Counted from the first letter of the stretch, positions 28,399 through 38,759 are shown. The stretch: 64,000 bases of DNA from an uncultured Acidobacteriota bacterium (GCA_963847125.1 CAWJYM010000004.1:2851436-2915435), one strand, 5' to 3'. A program made the numbers and translations. Notes: a model not told the origin generated them from the sequence alone.

Positions 28399-29994
28399 AT
28401 GCGCATTTCGCGGCGTCACTTTCTCGTCAGCACCGCGGCCGCAGGGGCCACGCCGCTTGTCCGCCTCGAGGCGCAAACCTCGACATCCCGCCGCGTGTTC
28501 CGCCACGGCGTGGCGAGCGGCGATCCGTTGACCGACGGCGTGATCCTGTGGACGCGCGTGACGGCGCCGGCGCAGGCATCGCCTGAGGTGTCGTGGGAGA
28601 TGTCCCGCACCGCGAGCTTCACGCGCGTCGTCGCGCGCGGGATGACGAGTACCGGCGCATGGCGCGATTTCACCGTGAAGATCGATGCGGGCGGCCTGGC
28701 GCCCGGGACGACGTACTATTACCGGTTCCGCACGCTCGGCGAGCAGTCGCCGGTCGGGCGTACGCGGACGCTGCCCGCCCCGGGCGTCCGGCGAATCCGG
28801 CTGGCGCTGGCCTCATGTTCGAATCTGCCATACGGCTACTTCAACGTGTACAGGCGCATCGCCGACCGGGCGGATCTGGATGCCGTCCTCCATCTCGGCG
28901 ACTACATTTACGAGTTTCCGAACGGCCGATACGGCGACGGCACGGCGCTCGGCCGCGTGCCGGCGCCGGACCGGGAGATCGTCGCGCTCGCCGACTACCG
29001 GGTGCGATACGCGCAGTACCGATCGGACCCGGACCTCCAGGAGGTCCACCGCCAGCATCCGTTCATCGTCGTGTGGGACGACCACGAGATCGCGAACAAC
29101 GCGTGGCGTGACGGCGCCGAGAACCACAATCCCGAGAAGGGTGAAGGGGAATACGCCCCGCGGCGCGCCGCGGCCGTCCAGTCCTATCTCGAATGGATGC
29201 CGATCCGCGAAGATCGATCGACGCGGCAGCCTCGCATCTATCGATCCTTCGCGTTCGGCGATCTGGCGGATCTGATCATGCTCGACACTCGGCTCGTGGA
29301 TCGCGACGAACAGGCGGCGACGCGCGAGGAGATCGCGGTCGTCGACGACCCCAGACGATCGCTGCTCGGTCGCGCGCAGGAAGAGTGGCTCTTCGCGGAG
29401 CTGGCGTCGTCCAGGCGCGCCAACGTGACGTGGCAGCTCCTCGGCCAGCAGGTCGTGTTCGCCCCGAACAGCCTGCCCGGTGCGACGTCAGGCAACATTG
29501 ATTCGTGGGACGGCTACCGACCCGGCCGCCAGCGCGTCATCGATGCCATCGTTGCCCAACGGCTTCAGAACGTCGTCGTGCTGACCGGGGACGTCCACAG
29601 CTCGTGGGGTTACGACGTGGCGCAGAACCCCTGGGACGACTACGATCCCGGGACCGGCCGTGGGGCGCTCGCGGTCGAAGTCGTCACGCCTGCGGTCTCG
29701 TCGCCGAGCGGCTTCGCGAACGAAGGGGGCGCGGAGCGGATGGAGGCCGCCCGAAAGGCGCGTCCGCACCTGCGGTACCTCGAGGGGCTTCACCGCGGGT
29801 ACGTCGTCCTGGACATCACGCGCGAGCGTGCGCAGGCCGACTGGTACTACGTGCCGACCGTCAACGCGCGCACACGTCTCGAGGAATTCGGACAAGGACT
29901 TCTCACTGAAGCCGGCAGGCCGCATCTCGTCGAGGCGTCGAGCCCGGCGCCCGCCCGTTCCGCAGCGGACGGACCGGCGCCTCCGGACGCTTGA
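28399..29994 (+). CDS. phoD: Alkaline phosphatase D (PhoD family), Tat-exported
   Basis: 531 aa. Twin-arginine MRISRRHFLVSTAAAGA, FRHGVASGDP, LHLGDYIYE, WDDHE motifs. Confidence 0.9.
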   Translation: MRISRRHFLVSTAAAGATPLVRLEAQTSTSRRVFRHGVASGDPLTDGVILWTRVTAPAQASPEVSWEMSRTASFTRVVARGMTSTGAWRDFTVKIDAGGLAPGTTYYYRFRTLGEQSPVGRTRTLPAPGVRRIRLALASCSNLPYGYFNVYRRIADRADLDAVLHLGDYIYEFPNGRYGDGTALGRVPAPDREIVALADYRVRYAQYRSDPDLQEVHRQHPFIVVWDDHEIANNAWRDGAENHNPEKGEGEYAPRRAAAVQSYLEWMPIREDRSTRQPRIYRSFAFGDLADLIMLDTRLVDRDEQAATREEIAVVDDPRRSLLGRAQEEWLFAELASSRRANVTWQLLGQQVVFAPNSLPGATSGNIDSWDGYRPGRQRVIDAIVAQRLQNVVVLTGDVHSSWGYDVAQNPWDDYDPGTGRGALAVEVVTPAVSSPSGFANEGGAERMEAARKARPHLRYLEGLHRGYVVLDITRERAQADWYYVPTVNARTRLEEFGQGLLTEAGRPHLVEASSPAPARSAADGPAPPDA

Positions 29995-30020
29995 CTTCCT
30001 GCCGTTATACTGACGCCCGC

Positions 30021-32297
30021 ATGGCTCCCCCGCGTCGGATTGCGACGGCATGCCTCACGACAGGCCTCCTGCTGGCCCTCGGTCTGCCCGTCGCGGGTCT
30101 CATCGCATCGGACGCTCCATCCCTGACCGTCAAGTTCATCGACCAGACACAGGACCGTCCCGTGCTCGACGGCGTGATCGACGACGCCGTGTGGAGCGAC
30201 GTCGTGCCGTACGACACCTTCACGCAGCAGGAGCCAATCGAAGGGGCCCCCGCGACCGAGCGGACGGAGGTCCGTCTGCTGTTGTCGCGCGACACGCTCT
30301 ACATCGGCGTCATCTGCTTCGACAGCGAGCCGGGCCAGATCGTGTTCACGCAGAGCCGGCGCGATGCGGACCTCAACGACACCGACTCGATCCAGGTCGT
30401 GCTCGACACGTTCAACGACAACCAGAACGGCTTCGTGTTCGGCACGAACCCGGCGGGCCTCGAGTACGACGGGCAGGTCGCGGGCGAGGGCCTGACCGGC
30501 GGCTTTCAGCGCCAGGCGGGAGGGCAGGGGTCGCAGCGGGGGCAGATCAGCGGCTTCAACCCGAACTGGGACGGCGACTGGGCCGTCCGCTCACGCGTCA
30601 CCGCTCGCGGCTGGGAGACCGAGCTGGCGATTCCGCTCAAGACGCTGCGCTACATCCCCGGCCCGGACAAGACCTGGGGGTTCAACGTGATGCGGAACCT
30701 GCGGCGGCGGAACGAGCAGTCGTTCCTGGCGCCGATCCCGCGCGGATCCAACCTGCACCGCGTATCGCTCGCGGCCGATCTGAACGGGCTGACGCTGCCG
30801 TCGCGGCGCGACCTCAAGTTCGTGCCGTACGTGGCGGGTCACGCGCTGAAGGACTTCACGCTGAGCGACGATCAGGTCGATCGCGGCGTCAACGTCGGCC
30901 TCGACGCGAAGTGGGGGATCACGCCGACGCTGACCGCGGACTTCACCGTCAACACCGACTTCGCGCAGGTCGAGGCGGACGACCAGCAGATCAACCTGAC
31001 GCGATTCCCGGTGTTCTTCCCCGAAAAGCGGCCGTTCTTCCTCGAGAACGCGGGAGTCTTCCAGTTCGGCAACCCGCAACAGGTGGATATTTTCTTTTCG
31101 CGCCGGATCGGCCTGTCTGACACCGGCCTTCCCATCGATATTTTCGGCGGCGCGCGCCTGACGGGGAAGGCCGGCGGCTACAACGTCGGGCTGCTCGACA
31201 TCCAGACCGAGGAGACGTTCGATCCCGTCACCGGACGCCAGATCGCTCCAGCCAACAACTTCGCCGTCGGCCGCGTGCAGCGCGAGGTCGGACGCTCGAA
31301 CTTCGGCGCCATCTTCGTCAACCGGCAGGCGACGAGCGACGCGGTGGCGACCGGGGACTGGAACCGCACGTACGGGCTCGACGCGGCGTGGCAAGTGAGC
31401 GGCAACGGAAAGGTGTTCGCGTTCGTCGCGCGGACCGATACTCCGGGCGAGGTCGGGTCGGACTACGCCGCGCGGGCGTTCTACACCTATACGAATCCGA
31501 CCTGGCAGGGGCACCTCGGCCTCGCGCGCGTGGGCGACCGGTTCAACCCGGAGGTCGGTTTCCTCTCACGGCGGGGATATCGACCGGAAGCGCGCATCGC
31601 CTGGAACTCCCCCAAACCGAAGGGCCTGCCGGCGATTCGACGGTTCTTCCCGCACCTCACGTACAGCGGGACGTTCCTGCTGGATGGCGTCCGCGACACG
31701 ACGTCGCTCCATCTGCATGTTCTCGATGCGCAGTTGGAGAACGGCGGACGTTTCGGGTATTCGGTCGACTTCAACGAGGATCACCCGCTGAGCGCGTTCG
31801 AGATCTTCTCGCAGCCTGGCAAGCCGCCGGTCGTGATCGCTCCGGGTCTGTACGACTGGTGGTACGGATCGGCGACCTTCGACAGCAACCCGAGCGCCCC
31901 CTGGTTCTTCAACGTCCGGTTCACCCACGGCGGGTTCTACGACGGCTCCAGCCATGCGTGGGAGACCAACTGGGGCGCGAGGGCGGGGGACAAACTGCGG
32001 GCGACGGTCGGCTATAACCGCACCGACGTCGATCTGCCGGGCGGGTCGTTCTCGACAGTGCTGCTCCCGGTACGTGTGGCGTGGTCGTTCAGCCCGCAGA
32101 CAACCATCCAGGCGCTCGTGCAGTACAACAGCCAGGCGGCGATCGTGTCGTCGAACATCCGCTTCGCGATGCTCGACCGGAGCGGGACGGGCTTCTTCGT
32201 CGTCTACAACGATCGGCGCGATACGCTGGAGTTCGTGCCCGAAACCCTTCTCGGCCGCTCGCTCACGGTCAAGTACACGAGGTTGTTCGATTTCTGA
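30021..32297 (+). CDS. CBM9-like / DUF5916 outer-membrane-type protein
   Basis: DGVIDDAVWSDV...FTQQEPIEGAPATERTEVRLLLSRDTLYIGVICFD followed by a long beta-rich region. Start moved from the TTG at 29991 to ATG 30021 (MAPPRRIATACLTTGLLLAL signal). Confidence 0.7.
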   Translation: MAPPRRIATACLTTGLLLALGLPVAGLIASDAPSLTVKFIDQTQDRPVLDGVIDDAVWSDVVPYDTFTQQEPIEGAPATERTEVRLLLSRDTLYIGVICFDSEPGQIVFTQSRRDADLNDTDSIQVVLDTFNDNQNGFVFGTNPAGLEYDGQVAGEGLTGGFQRQAGGQGSQRGQISGFNPNWDGDWAVRSRVTARGWETELAIPLKTLRYIPGPDKTWGFNVMRNLRRRNEQSFLAPIPRGSNLHRVSLAADLNGLTLPSRRDLKFVPYVAGHALKDFTLSDDQVDRGVNVGLDAKWGITPTLTADFTVNTDFAQVEADDQQINLTRFPVFFPEKRPFFLENAGVFQFGNPQQVDIFFSRRIGLSDTGLPIDIFGGARLTGKAGGYNVGLLDIQTEETFDPVTGRQIAPANNFAVGRVQREVGRSNFGAIFVNRQATSDAVATGDWNRTYGLDAAWQVSGNGKVFAFVARTDTPGEVGSDYAARAFYTYTNPTWQGHLGLARVGDRFNPEVGFLSRRGYRPEARIAWNSPKPKGLPAIRRFFPHLTYSGTFLLDGVRDTTSLHLHVLDAQLENGGRFGYSVDFNEDHPLSAFEIFSQPGKPPVVIAPGLYDWWYGSATFDSNPSAPWFFNVRFTHGGFYDGSSHAWETNWGARAGDKLRATVGYNRTDVDLPGGSFSTVLLPVRVAWSFSPQTTIQALVQYNSQAAIVSSNIRFAMLDRSGTGFFVVYNDRRDTLEFVPETLLGRSLTVKYTRLFDF

Positions 32298-32298
32298 C

Positions 32299-32333
32299 CA
32301 CGGATTTCGCGGATCACGACGGGCCACGGATTA
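32299..32333 (+). repeat. Dispersed GGAT-rich repeat family B, copy 2; fills the 33-nt gap between two convergent stops
   Basis: cacggatttcgcggatcacgacgggccacggatta. Its last 3 nt (tta) are the TAA stop of the minus-strand PP2C gene. Confidence 0.75.
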
Positions 32334-33632
32334 GGCGGCCGGCTGGGTCCCGCTCCTGCACCTTGCCACAATCAACGTGATGTCGTCGCCCTGTTCCTGA
32401 GGGCTGAACCGCCGGACTTCGTCGAGAACTGCGGCGACAAGATCGTTCGGACTCAGGCCGCGATGCGTCTGCAGCGTCTCGATCAGCCGGTCCTCGCCGA
32501 ACTCCTCCTCTCCGGCGTTGAACGCCTCGGTGATCCCGTCAGTGTACATCGCGAGGAGATCGCCCGGAGCCAGTCGGCGCTCGACGGTACGGCACTCCCA
32601 ATTCGTGAAGAGGCCCAGCACGGCCGCCGTCGCCTCGAGGCGTTCGACGCCGCCATCGAGTCGAAGAAGAAGGGCTGGCAGGTGTCCGCAGTTCGCGTAG
32701 CGCAAGCCTCCGGTTCTATCGTCGAATTCCGAATAGAAAAACGTCGCGTACGCGTTGTCCGCCGTATTCTCGTAGAAGAGCCGGTTCATCTGCTGAAGGA
32801 GCCGCTCGGGCTGCTCTACCGCCGTCGCGCACAGGCTGCGCAGATTTGCCTGAAGGGTGGCCATCAGCAGCGCGGCAGGCATTCCCTTTCCGGCGATGTC
32901 GCCGATGACGAGTCCCAGTCGCTCGCGCCCGAGGTCCAGGAAGTCGTAATAGTCGCCACCCACGCGCCGCGTTTGCACGCAGGCCCCCGCGTATTCCAGC
33001 GCCCGCATCGCGGGCAGCCGCTGAGGAAAGAGCCGGGCCTGCACCTGCATGGCGATTTCCAGTTCGTGCGCCGCGCGGCGCTCGGCCTCCAGCTTTTCGG
33101 CGGCGGCGCGGCGCTGCGCTTCAACCGCGCGGCTGACCTCGTCGAAACTGACCAGCGCAAAGGAGTTGTGATCGACATCCTCGAAACGCACGAACACACC
33201 GCCCCAGGCCGGCTGATCGCGTTCGGATGTCACTGCCGCCGCGGTCGAGTCGTCATGTGGCAGGCCCGCCTGTTCATAGATGACGCGACGAAGACGTGGT
33301 GTGCTCCGAAAGCGGACGCCGCGTCTGCGCCATTCGCGATACGTCGCAGGCAGGTCCTCTGTCACGAAGACGACCTGGGTCGGGCGGCCGATCAGCCGGC
33401 ATTGCGGAGAGTCGGGATCGGGCTGAATGAGCGTGAGCAGCGCCGTGCCATCGGGCGGAGCGACCGCCAGCAACCGCTGACCAGATTCCACGCGCGCGTC
33501 AAACGCGATCCGAAATCCCAGCGCATCCTGATAGAACTGGAGGCTTCGCTCCTGGTCTCTGACGTAGACGTTCACCGCGTGAATACGGAGGAAGGGATCC
33601 GGCATCGGCTCAGCATCGAACGTCGTCCCCAT
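32331..33632 (-). CDS. VOC (glyoxalase-fold) domain fused to PP2C/SpoIIE-type phosphatase
   Basis: 433 aa. N-terminal IHAVNVYVRDQERSLQFYQDALGF, a coiled-coil linker, then GGDYYDF...GDIAGKGMPAALLMA...MYTDGITEA. Confidence 0.85.
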   Translation of the reverse strand: MGTTFDAEPMPDPFLRIHAVNVYVRDQERSLQFYQDALGFRIAFDARVESGQRLLAVAPPDGTALLTLIQPDPDSPQCRLIGRPTQVVFVTEDLPATYREWRRRGVRFRSTPRLRRVIYEQAGLPHDDSTAAAVTSERDQPAWGGVFVRFEDVDHNSFALVSFDEVSRAVEAQRRAAAEKLEAERRAAHELEIAMQVQARLFPQRLPAMRALEYAGACVQTRRVGGDYYDFLDLGRERLGLVIGDIAGKGMPAALLMATLQANLRSLCATAVEQPERLLQQMNRLFYENTADNAYATFFYSEFDDRTGGLRYANCGHLPALLLRLDGGVERLEATAAVLGLFTNWECRTVERRLAPGDLLAMYTDGITEAFNAGEEEFGEDRLIETLQTHRGLSPNDLVAAVLDEVRRFSPQEQGDDITLIVARCRSGTQPAA

Positions 33633-33770
33633 GAGCCCGATTATAGGGATAGTACGGCATCGGGGCCCGCTCGCGCATGCCCCGCGCGCGCGGTGCTATC
33701 GTTGACGCGCGCGTGCCGCACGTGAGCGGCAGGGGCGTCAGCCAGCGGAATACGAGAGGAGCTCGCCAAC

Positions 33771-34226
33771 ATGGTTCCCCGCTCACTTCGGGATCCGGTG
33801 GGCCGACAATCAATACTTGACCGACTCGCCCGGCTCACTCCGGAGCACTCTCGGCGGTGGGGCCGGATGCAACCCGCCCAGCTCTTGCCGCACTTGGCTG
33901 GCGGGCTGCGTATGGCGCTGGGTGAACTGACACCGCAAGGGTCGCCTCCCGGTGCGGTCCGTGCGGCGATTTGGCGGTACCTTGCCATTCACCGTTTGCC
34001 ATGGCCCGAAGGGAAGATCCAATCGCCACCGGGTGCATTCAGCACTCCGAGTCTCGGCTGGGAGCGGGATCGAGAGCTCGTTGTCGAACTGATCGAGCGC
34101 TTCGCCACAGCACCGCCCGACAAGCTGGGACTCGTCCATCCGATGTTTGGGCGGATGAGGCCACGCGACTGGGACGTCTTGCAATACCGGCACCTCGATC
34201 ATCACCTACGGCAGTTCGGGTTTTAA
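33771..34226 (+). CDS. DinB-superfamily protein (DUF1569-like)
   Basis: 151 aa. RWGRM...LPHL...HLDHHLRQFGF C-terminus is typical of DUF1569. Confidence 0.55.
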   Translation: MVPRSLRDPVGRQSILDRLARLTPEHSRRWGRMQPAQLLPHLAGGLRMALGELTPQGSPPGAVRAAIWRYLAIHRLPWPEGKIQSPPGAFSTPSLGWERDRELVVELIERFATAPPDKLGLVHPMFGRMRPRDWDVLQYRHLDHHLRQFGF

Positions 34227-34320
34227 GTATGGACGTGTCCGGCTGCGAAGTAGAACAGAGGCAGGGCCGCGGCCGTCGATCCGGTCGCGGTCCTGCGCCA
34301 AGGCTGAGCGTTGCCTCGCA

Positions 34321-35961
34321 CTATTTCGGGTTGATCTGGTAGATCCGCAGCGTCCCGCTCACTTCGTTCGAGACCATGAGGAGCGGCTCACCGCTTGGGC
34401 TCGAGTCGGCCGGGATGAACCGCGCCGCCTCGGGACCGAGGTCTCCGGCTGCCTCCGTTCCAGGCGCCGCCGAGAAGTTGCGTGTGTTGATGTATTGCAC
34501 GAGCCTCGGGGATCTCGGGTCGTCCAGCTCGAACACGACGATTCCTCCGACGCGCTCGAGCATGACGAAGAGGTAGAGACGACCGAAGACACGCGCCACG
34601 GTCACCCCTTCGGGCTCGGGCCCCTTGTCATCGCTTCGATCGTCGCGCGTGTTGTTGGCGTTGCTGGCGTTGAAGTTCGCCGGGAACGCCGCCGCCGTCA
34701 GCTGTTCGAGCATGTCGCCGCTGTCGAAGACGAGGCGCCCGCGCTCAGACCAAATCGAAAACGACCGCGCGCCGAAAGAGTACAGCTCGTCGTAGTCGCC
34801 GTCGTCGTCTACGTCCCCGTCGAAGCTCGTCACCTTCAGCCTGCCGATTCCAGCCGGACGGCTCCGAATCGTCGCCGCATCGGGAAACGCGACCGGATCG
34901 AGAACGATGTCCTCGATCTCGACGCTTTCTTCGCCGGCGTCATTCAGTCCGGAGTACTCCCGAACGTCGCCTTCATTGGCTGTGACGAGGTACGTATCGC
35001 CTTTGTGCTTGAACGAAGCGATTGCATCCGGCTGGTACATCCCACGGATGGGCCACTGTTTGATGGCGATCGCGCCATCGTCGCGGCCGCCGTCCAGGCC
35101 TCGGCCCACGCGTGAGTGGTTCTTGAACCCCAGGCCGACCAGCTTCGTGACCTCCTTCTTCTTCAGGTCGACGACCGCGAGTGCGTTGTTCTCCTGCAGC
35201 GTGACCCAGGCGGTCCCGGAGTCGCGTGACACGGCGATGTACTCGGGCTCGAGGTCCTGAGCCACGGTGGCGCCCGGACCATAGATCCGAATCGAGCTGT
35301 CGAGCGGACAATTGTTGAACGCGCCGAAGCCGGCGGTCGTCACATCGGAATCACGCAGCCGATGGACGCCCCTGCGGAGGTTGATGATGCTGACGCTGCC
35401 CTCCGGGTCGAACGTGTAGTCGTCGGTCGGCTGGCCCTCGTTGGCGGTCAGCACGAGCTTGCCGTTCGGCGTGAAGGTCAGCATGTCCGGCAAAGCGCCC
35501 ACGGTGACCTGGCTCAGCAGTCTGCCGTCTGCGTCGAAGAAGAGTACTTTTCCGGGCGCCGTATCGTCTTCACCCTGAGGCACGGCGACGGCAACGACTC
35601 CGTCATGCACAGCGACGCTCGTCGCGTGGGCGTCCGCGCCCCACGGTGTCAGATCGATGCTGAACGCGAACACCGGGCGCGCCGGATCGGTGAGATCGAC
35701 GACGTCCAGCTTCGGCTGCTCGGCAAACGTCATGAAGGCGCGATGGCTGTCGGGATCGTAGGCGCTGATCTCGACCGCACCTTCATCGAAGAATCCAGAC
35801 TGGTAGACGCCGAGGGAAGTCAGCTCGATCGACTTCTGCCCGCCTCGATCGCGGTCGTCGCCCATCCCGAGCACCGCCAGCACCGCCACGCTTGCCGCCA
35901 CACCTCGAACCGTTCTGCGCATGTGTGTCCTCCGGCCGGCCCAACCGGGCAGGCGCCGCAA
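34321..35961 (-). CDS. Secreted beta-propeller-like protein (choice-of-anchor I / phytase-like esterase family)
   Basis: 546 aa with a signal peptide and a SFDGDVDDDGDYDELYSFGARSFSIW motif. The start may be the second Met (35922). Confidence 0.5.
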   Translation of the reverse strand: MRRLPGWAGRRTHMRRTVRGVAASVAVLAVLGMGDDRDRGGQKSIELTSLGVYQSGFFDEGAVEISAYDPDSHRAFMTFAEQPKLDVVDLTDPARPVFAFSIDLTPWGADAHATSVAVHDGVVAVAVPQGEDDTAPGKVLFFDADGRLLSQVTVGALPDMLTFTPNGKLVLTANEGQPTDDYTFDPEGSVSIINLRRGVHRLRDSDVTTAGFGAFNNCPLDSSIRIYGPGATVAQDLEPEYIAVSRDSGTAWVTLQENNALAVVDLKKKEVTKLVGLGFKNHSRVGRGLDGGRDDGAIAIKQWPIRGMYQPDAIASFKHKGDTYLVTANEGDVREYSGLNDAGEESVEIEDIVLDPVAFPDAATIRSRPAGIGRLKVTSFDGDVDDDGDYDELYSFGARSFSIWSERGRLVFDSGDMLEQLTAAAFPANFNASNANNTRDDRSDDKGPEPEGVTVARVFGRLYLFVMLERVGGIVVFELDDPRSPRLVQYINTRNFSAAPGTEAAGDLGPEAARFIPADSSPSGEPLLMVSNEVSGTLRIYQINPK

Positions 35962-36081
35962 CGTGTACCAGTGGCCTGCGACAGGCGTGCAACGACTCGG
36001 TCACGAACCTGCGACGGCCGAGCCTTGGGGTGGCATGGTTGACAGTTCTGTCGGGTCGCTAGGGCGTATAATCGAAAGACG

Positions 36082-36381
36082 ATGACGGGCTCTTCAGGTC
36101 CGCGGCATGTGCTGCAGGCCCGCGCGGTCGCGCTGGCTATCGGCCTGTACGCGCTGGTGCTGGCAGCCGCGCCCGCGTTCCACCACGACCTCGCCTGTCA
36201 CCTCAAGTCACCCACGCATTGCACGACCTGCCTGGTCAGCGTCACGGCCCCCCGCGCGAATGGATCCACGAGCCTCGTGGCCGCCGACCTGCAGGATGCC
36301 GGCTTCCTCGGCGTGGATGTCGTCGGCTCGCCGGAGCGGTTCTCCTTCGCGCCCCGGCTCGGACGTTCTCCTCCCGCGTAG
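36082..36381 (+). CDS. Small membrane-anchored Cys/His-rich protein (DUF2946-like architecture)
   Basis: 99 aa with one N-terminal TM helix and then APAFHHDLACHLKSPTHCTTCL. TATAAT at 36067-36072 lies 9 nt upstream of the ATG. Confidence 0.45.
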   Translation: MTGSSGPRHVLQARAVALAIGLYALVLAAAPAFHHDLACHLKSPTHCTTCLVSVTAPRANGSTSLVAADLQDAGFLGVDVVGSPERFSFAPRLGRSPPA

Positions 36382-36491
36382 ACCCTTTTCCCTCCACTTA
36401 TGTGTCTGGTCCGGCTCGAGTCGGGCCGGTCGGCGTTTGCGGCTCTGATCGCGCGTGATGGCGCGATCCATCCGCGCGTACAAGGGGGTCT

Positions 36492-38759
36492 ATGTCGGCT
36501 ATTTACTTGTTGTCGGTCGCGTTATCGCTGGCGCCGCAGGCCACGGCGCTGTCCACTCAGGGTGTCATCCGCGGCACCGTCTCGCTGCGGCAGAACGACG
36601 ACCCGGTTCACGGGGCAACTGTACTGGTCACCGAGTTGCGGCGAACCGCAACCACCGACGTGACCGGGCAGTATGAGATCACGAACGTTCCGCCCGGCAC
36701 CTACACCGTGCTCGCGCAGCGCGAGCACCTGACAACCGAGCGGCAGCAGGTTACCGTCGCCGAGGGCCAACCGGTGACGGCGAACTTTACGCTTGCCATC
36801 TCCGGCATTCACGAAGAGATCACCGTTACGGCAAACCCGACAGGCGAGACGACGACGTTCGAGGCGTTCAATGCGATCAGTTCACTCGACTCTGTCGAGC
36901 TCACACAGAACAGAGGTGCGACGCTCGCCGATGCCGTCGAGTCGTTGCCTGGAGTCTCGAAGCGCACGTTCGGACCCGGGAGCGCGCGGCCGATCATTCG
37001 GGGGTTCGATGGTGATCGTGTGTTGATAGCCCAGGACGGTGTTCGGACCGGCGATCTGTCGAGTCAGTCAGGCGATCACGGTGTTTCGATCGACCCTGCG
37101 GGGCTACAACGGCTCGAGGTCGTCAAGGGACCCGCGACGCTGCTATACGGCAGCAACGCCATCGGCGGCGTCGTCAACGCGATTACACCGCAGGAGACGT
37201 TCCGATCGAACCCGTTCAAGGGCGTGCTCGGTCAGGTCAGCTTCGACGCGGGGTCGGCCAATACACAGGCCGGCGGGGCGGGGAACGTGCAGGTCGGGCG
37301 CGGTCCGTGGCTCGTGTGGGCAGGCGGCAGCGCGCGACGCTCCGGCGACTACGACACACCCGAAGGAACGATCGAGAACTCAGCGGCGCGGCTCGCGAAC
37401 GGATCGGGTGGGTTCGGCTGGACCGGCAATCGCGGATTCCTCAGTGCCGGCCTAACGGCCGAGGACAGTCGCTACGGCATTCCATTCGCTGGGCAGTTCG
37501 AAGCGATGGAATTGGGGATCCCGCTCGAGGACGCCCCGGATATCGACATCGACATGACGCGTCAGGACTATCGCTTCGACGGCGGTGTCCGCAATCTCGA
37601 CGGCCTGATCCGAGGGTTCCGCGCCTCGTTGAACTACGTCAACTATCAGCACACCGAAATCGAGGTCGAGGATGGCGAGGACATCCCGGCGACGGTGTTC
37701 GACAACGAGTTGTTCATTTATCGCGCGGAAGCGGAGCAGGCGGCCCGGGGCCGGCTTTCAGGTCGCTTCGGCATCTGGGGTCAGACCCGCGACTACGTCA
37801 CGACAGGCGCCGAGGCGCTCGCTCCTCCGACAACCCAGAACGCCTTTGCGGCCTTCGCCTACGAAGAGCTCAACTTCGGCCGGTGGCGTCTGCAGTTCGG
37901 AGGACGCGTCGAGCACAACAGCTACACGCCTGACCCGCGTCCCGAAGCCGAAGAGGAGGAAGGTGCAGAAGAGGAAGCCCCTCCCGAGGTGCGCGATCGG
38001 TCCTTCACCGGATTCTCGGGTTCCGTGGGTCTGCACACCGATATCGGTTCAACCGGCGCGTTCATCGTCAATCTGACCCGGTCCAGCCGGGCCCCGGCGC
38101 TCGAGGAGCTGTACAACTTCGGGCCGCACATCGGGAATCTCGCCTTCGAGATTGGCAATCCGGATCTAGAGATGGAGTCATCAATCGGTCTCGACGTGGC
38201 GCTGCGCCGCCGCAGCGGTCCAGTGCACGGCGAGCTGAGCGCATTCGTCTACGACATCAGCAACTTCGTGTTTCTCAGCTTCACCGACGAAATCGCTGAC
38301 GGGCTCCGTGTTGCGCCTTTCCTGCAAGGCGACAGCCGCTTCTTCGGCGTGGACGGGGACGTCGGGTTCGAGTTGGGCCGGGGCGCGCACCTTAACGTGG
38401 GCCTGGGCTACGTGCGGGCGACACTGAGAGACACGGACGAAGCACTGCCGCGCATCCCACCGTTCCACGGCAGCGTCGACCTGGAGATTCCGTGGAAGCA
38501 ACTGACCTTCAAGCCCGAGCTCGTGTGGGCAGCGGATCAGGATCGTACGTTCCGCGAGGAGACTCCGACCTCCCGTTATGCTCTTTTCAACGTCGGCGCG
38601 ACCTGGCTCGCCTCGACGGGACACGCGACGCACGTCGTAGCGATCAAAGCTTACAACCTCTTCGACACGACCTACCGCCTGCACACGTCACTCATCAAAG
38701 ATCTGGCGCCCGAAATCGGACGCGGCATCAAAGTGGCGTACTCGGTGCGGTTCTTCTGA
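36492..38759 (+). CDS. TonB-dependent receptor with N-terminal carboxypeptidase-regulatory-like domain
   Basis: 755 aa. GVIRGTV...TGQYEITNVPPGTYTV, plug region (PIIRGFDGDRVLIAQDG), C-terminal ...KVAYSVRFF. Confidence 0.9.
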   Translation: MSAIYLLSVALSLAPQATALSTQGVIRGTVSLRQNDDPVHGATVLVTELRRTATTDVTGQYEITNVPPGTYTVLAQREHLTTERQQVTVAEGQPVTANFTLAISGIHEEITVTANPTGETTTFEAFNAISSLDSVELTQNRGATLADAVESLPGVSKRTFGPGSARPIIRGFDGDRVLIAQDGVRTGDLSSQSGDHGVSIDPAGLQRLEVVKGPATLLYGSNAIGGVVNAITPQETFRSNPFKGVLGQVSFDAGSANTQAGGAGNVQVGRGPWLVWAGGSARRSGDYDTPEGTIENSAARLANGSGGFGWTGNRGFLSAGLTAEDSRYGIPFAGQFEAMELGIPLEDAPDIDIDMTRQDYRFDGGVRNLDGLIRGFRASLNYVNYQHTEIEVEDGEDIPATVFDNELFIYRAEAEQAARGRLSGRFGIWGQTRDYVTTGAEALAPPTTQNAFAAFAYEELNFGRWRLQFGGRVEHNSYTPDPRPEAEEEEGAEEEAPPEVRDRSFTGFSGSVGLHTDIGSTGAFIVNLTRSSRAPALEELYNFGPHIGNLAFEIGNPDLEMESSIGLDVALRRRSGPVHGELSAFVYDISNFVFLSFTDEIADGLRVAPFLQGDSRFFGVDGDVGFELGRGAHLNVGLGYVRATLRDTDEALPRIPPFHGSVDLEIPWKQLTFKPELVWAADQDRTFREETPTSRYALFNVGATWLASTGHATHVVAIKAYNLFDTTYRLHTSLIKDLAPEIGRGIKVAYSVRFF

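Noticed and set aside
36039-36072. TTGACA ... TATAAT as a canonical promoter for the small Cys/His gene
   Set aside because: The spacer is 22 nt, too long for a standard sigma-70 promoter. Only the -10 element is retained, as a weak observation.
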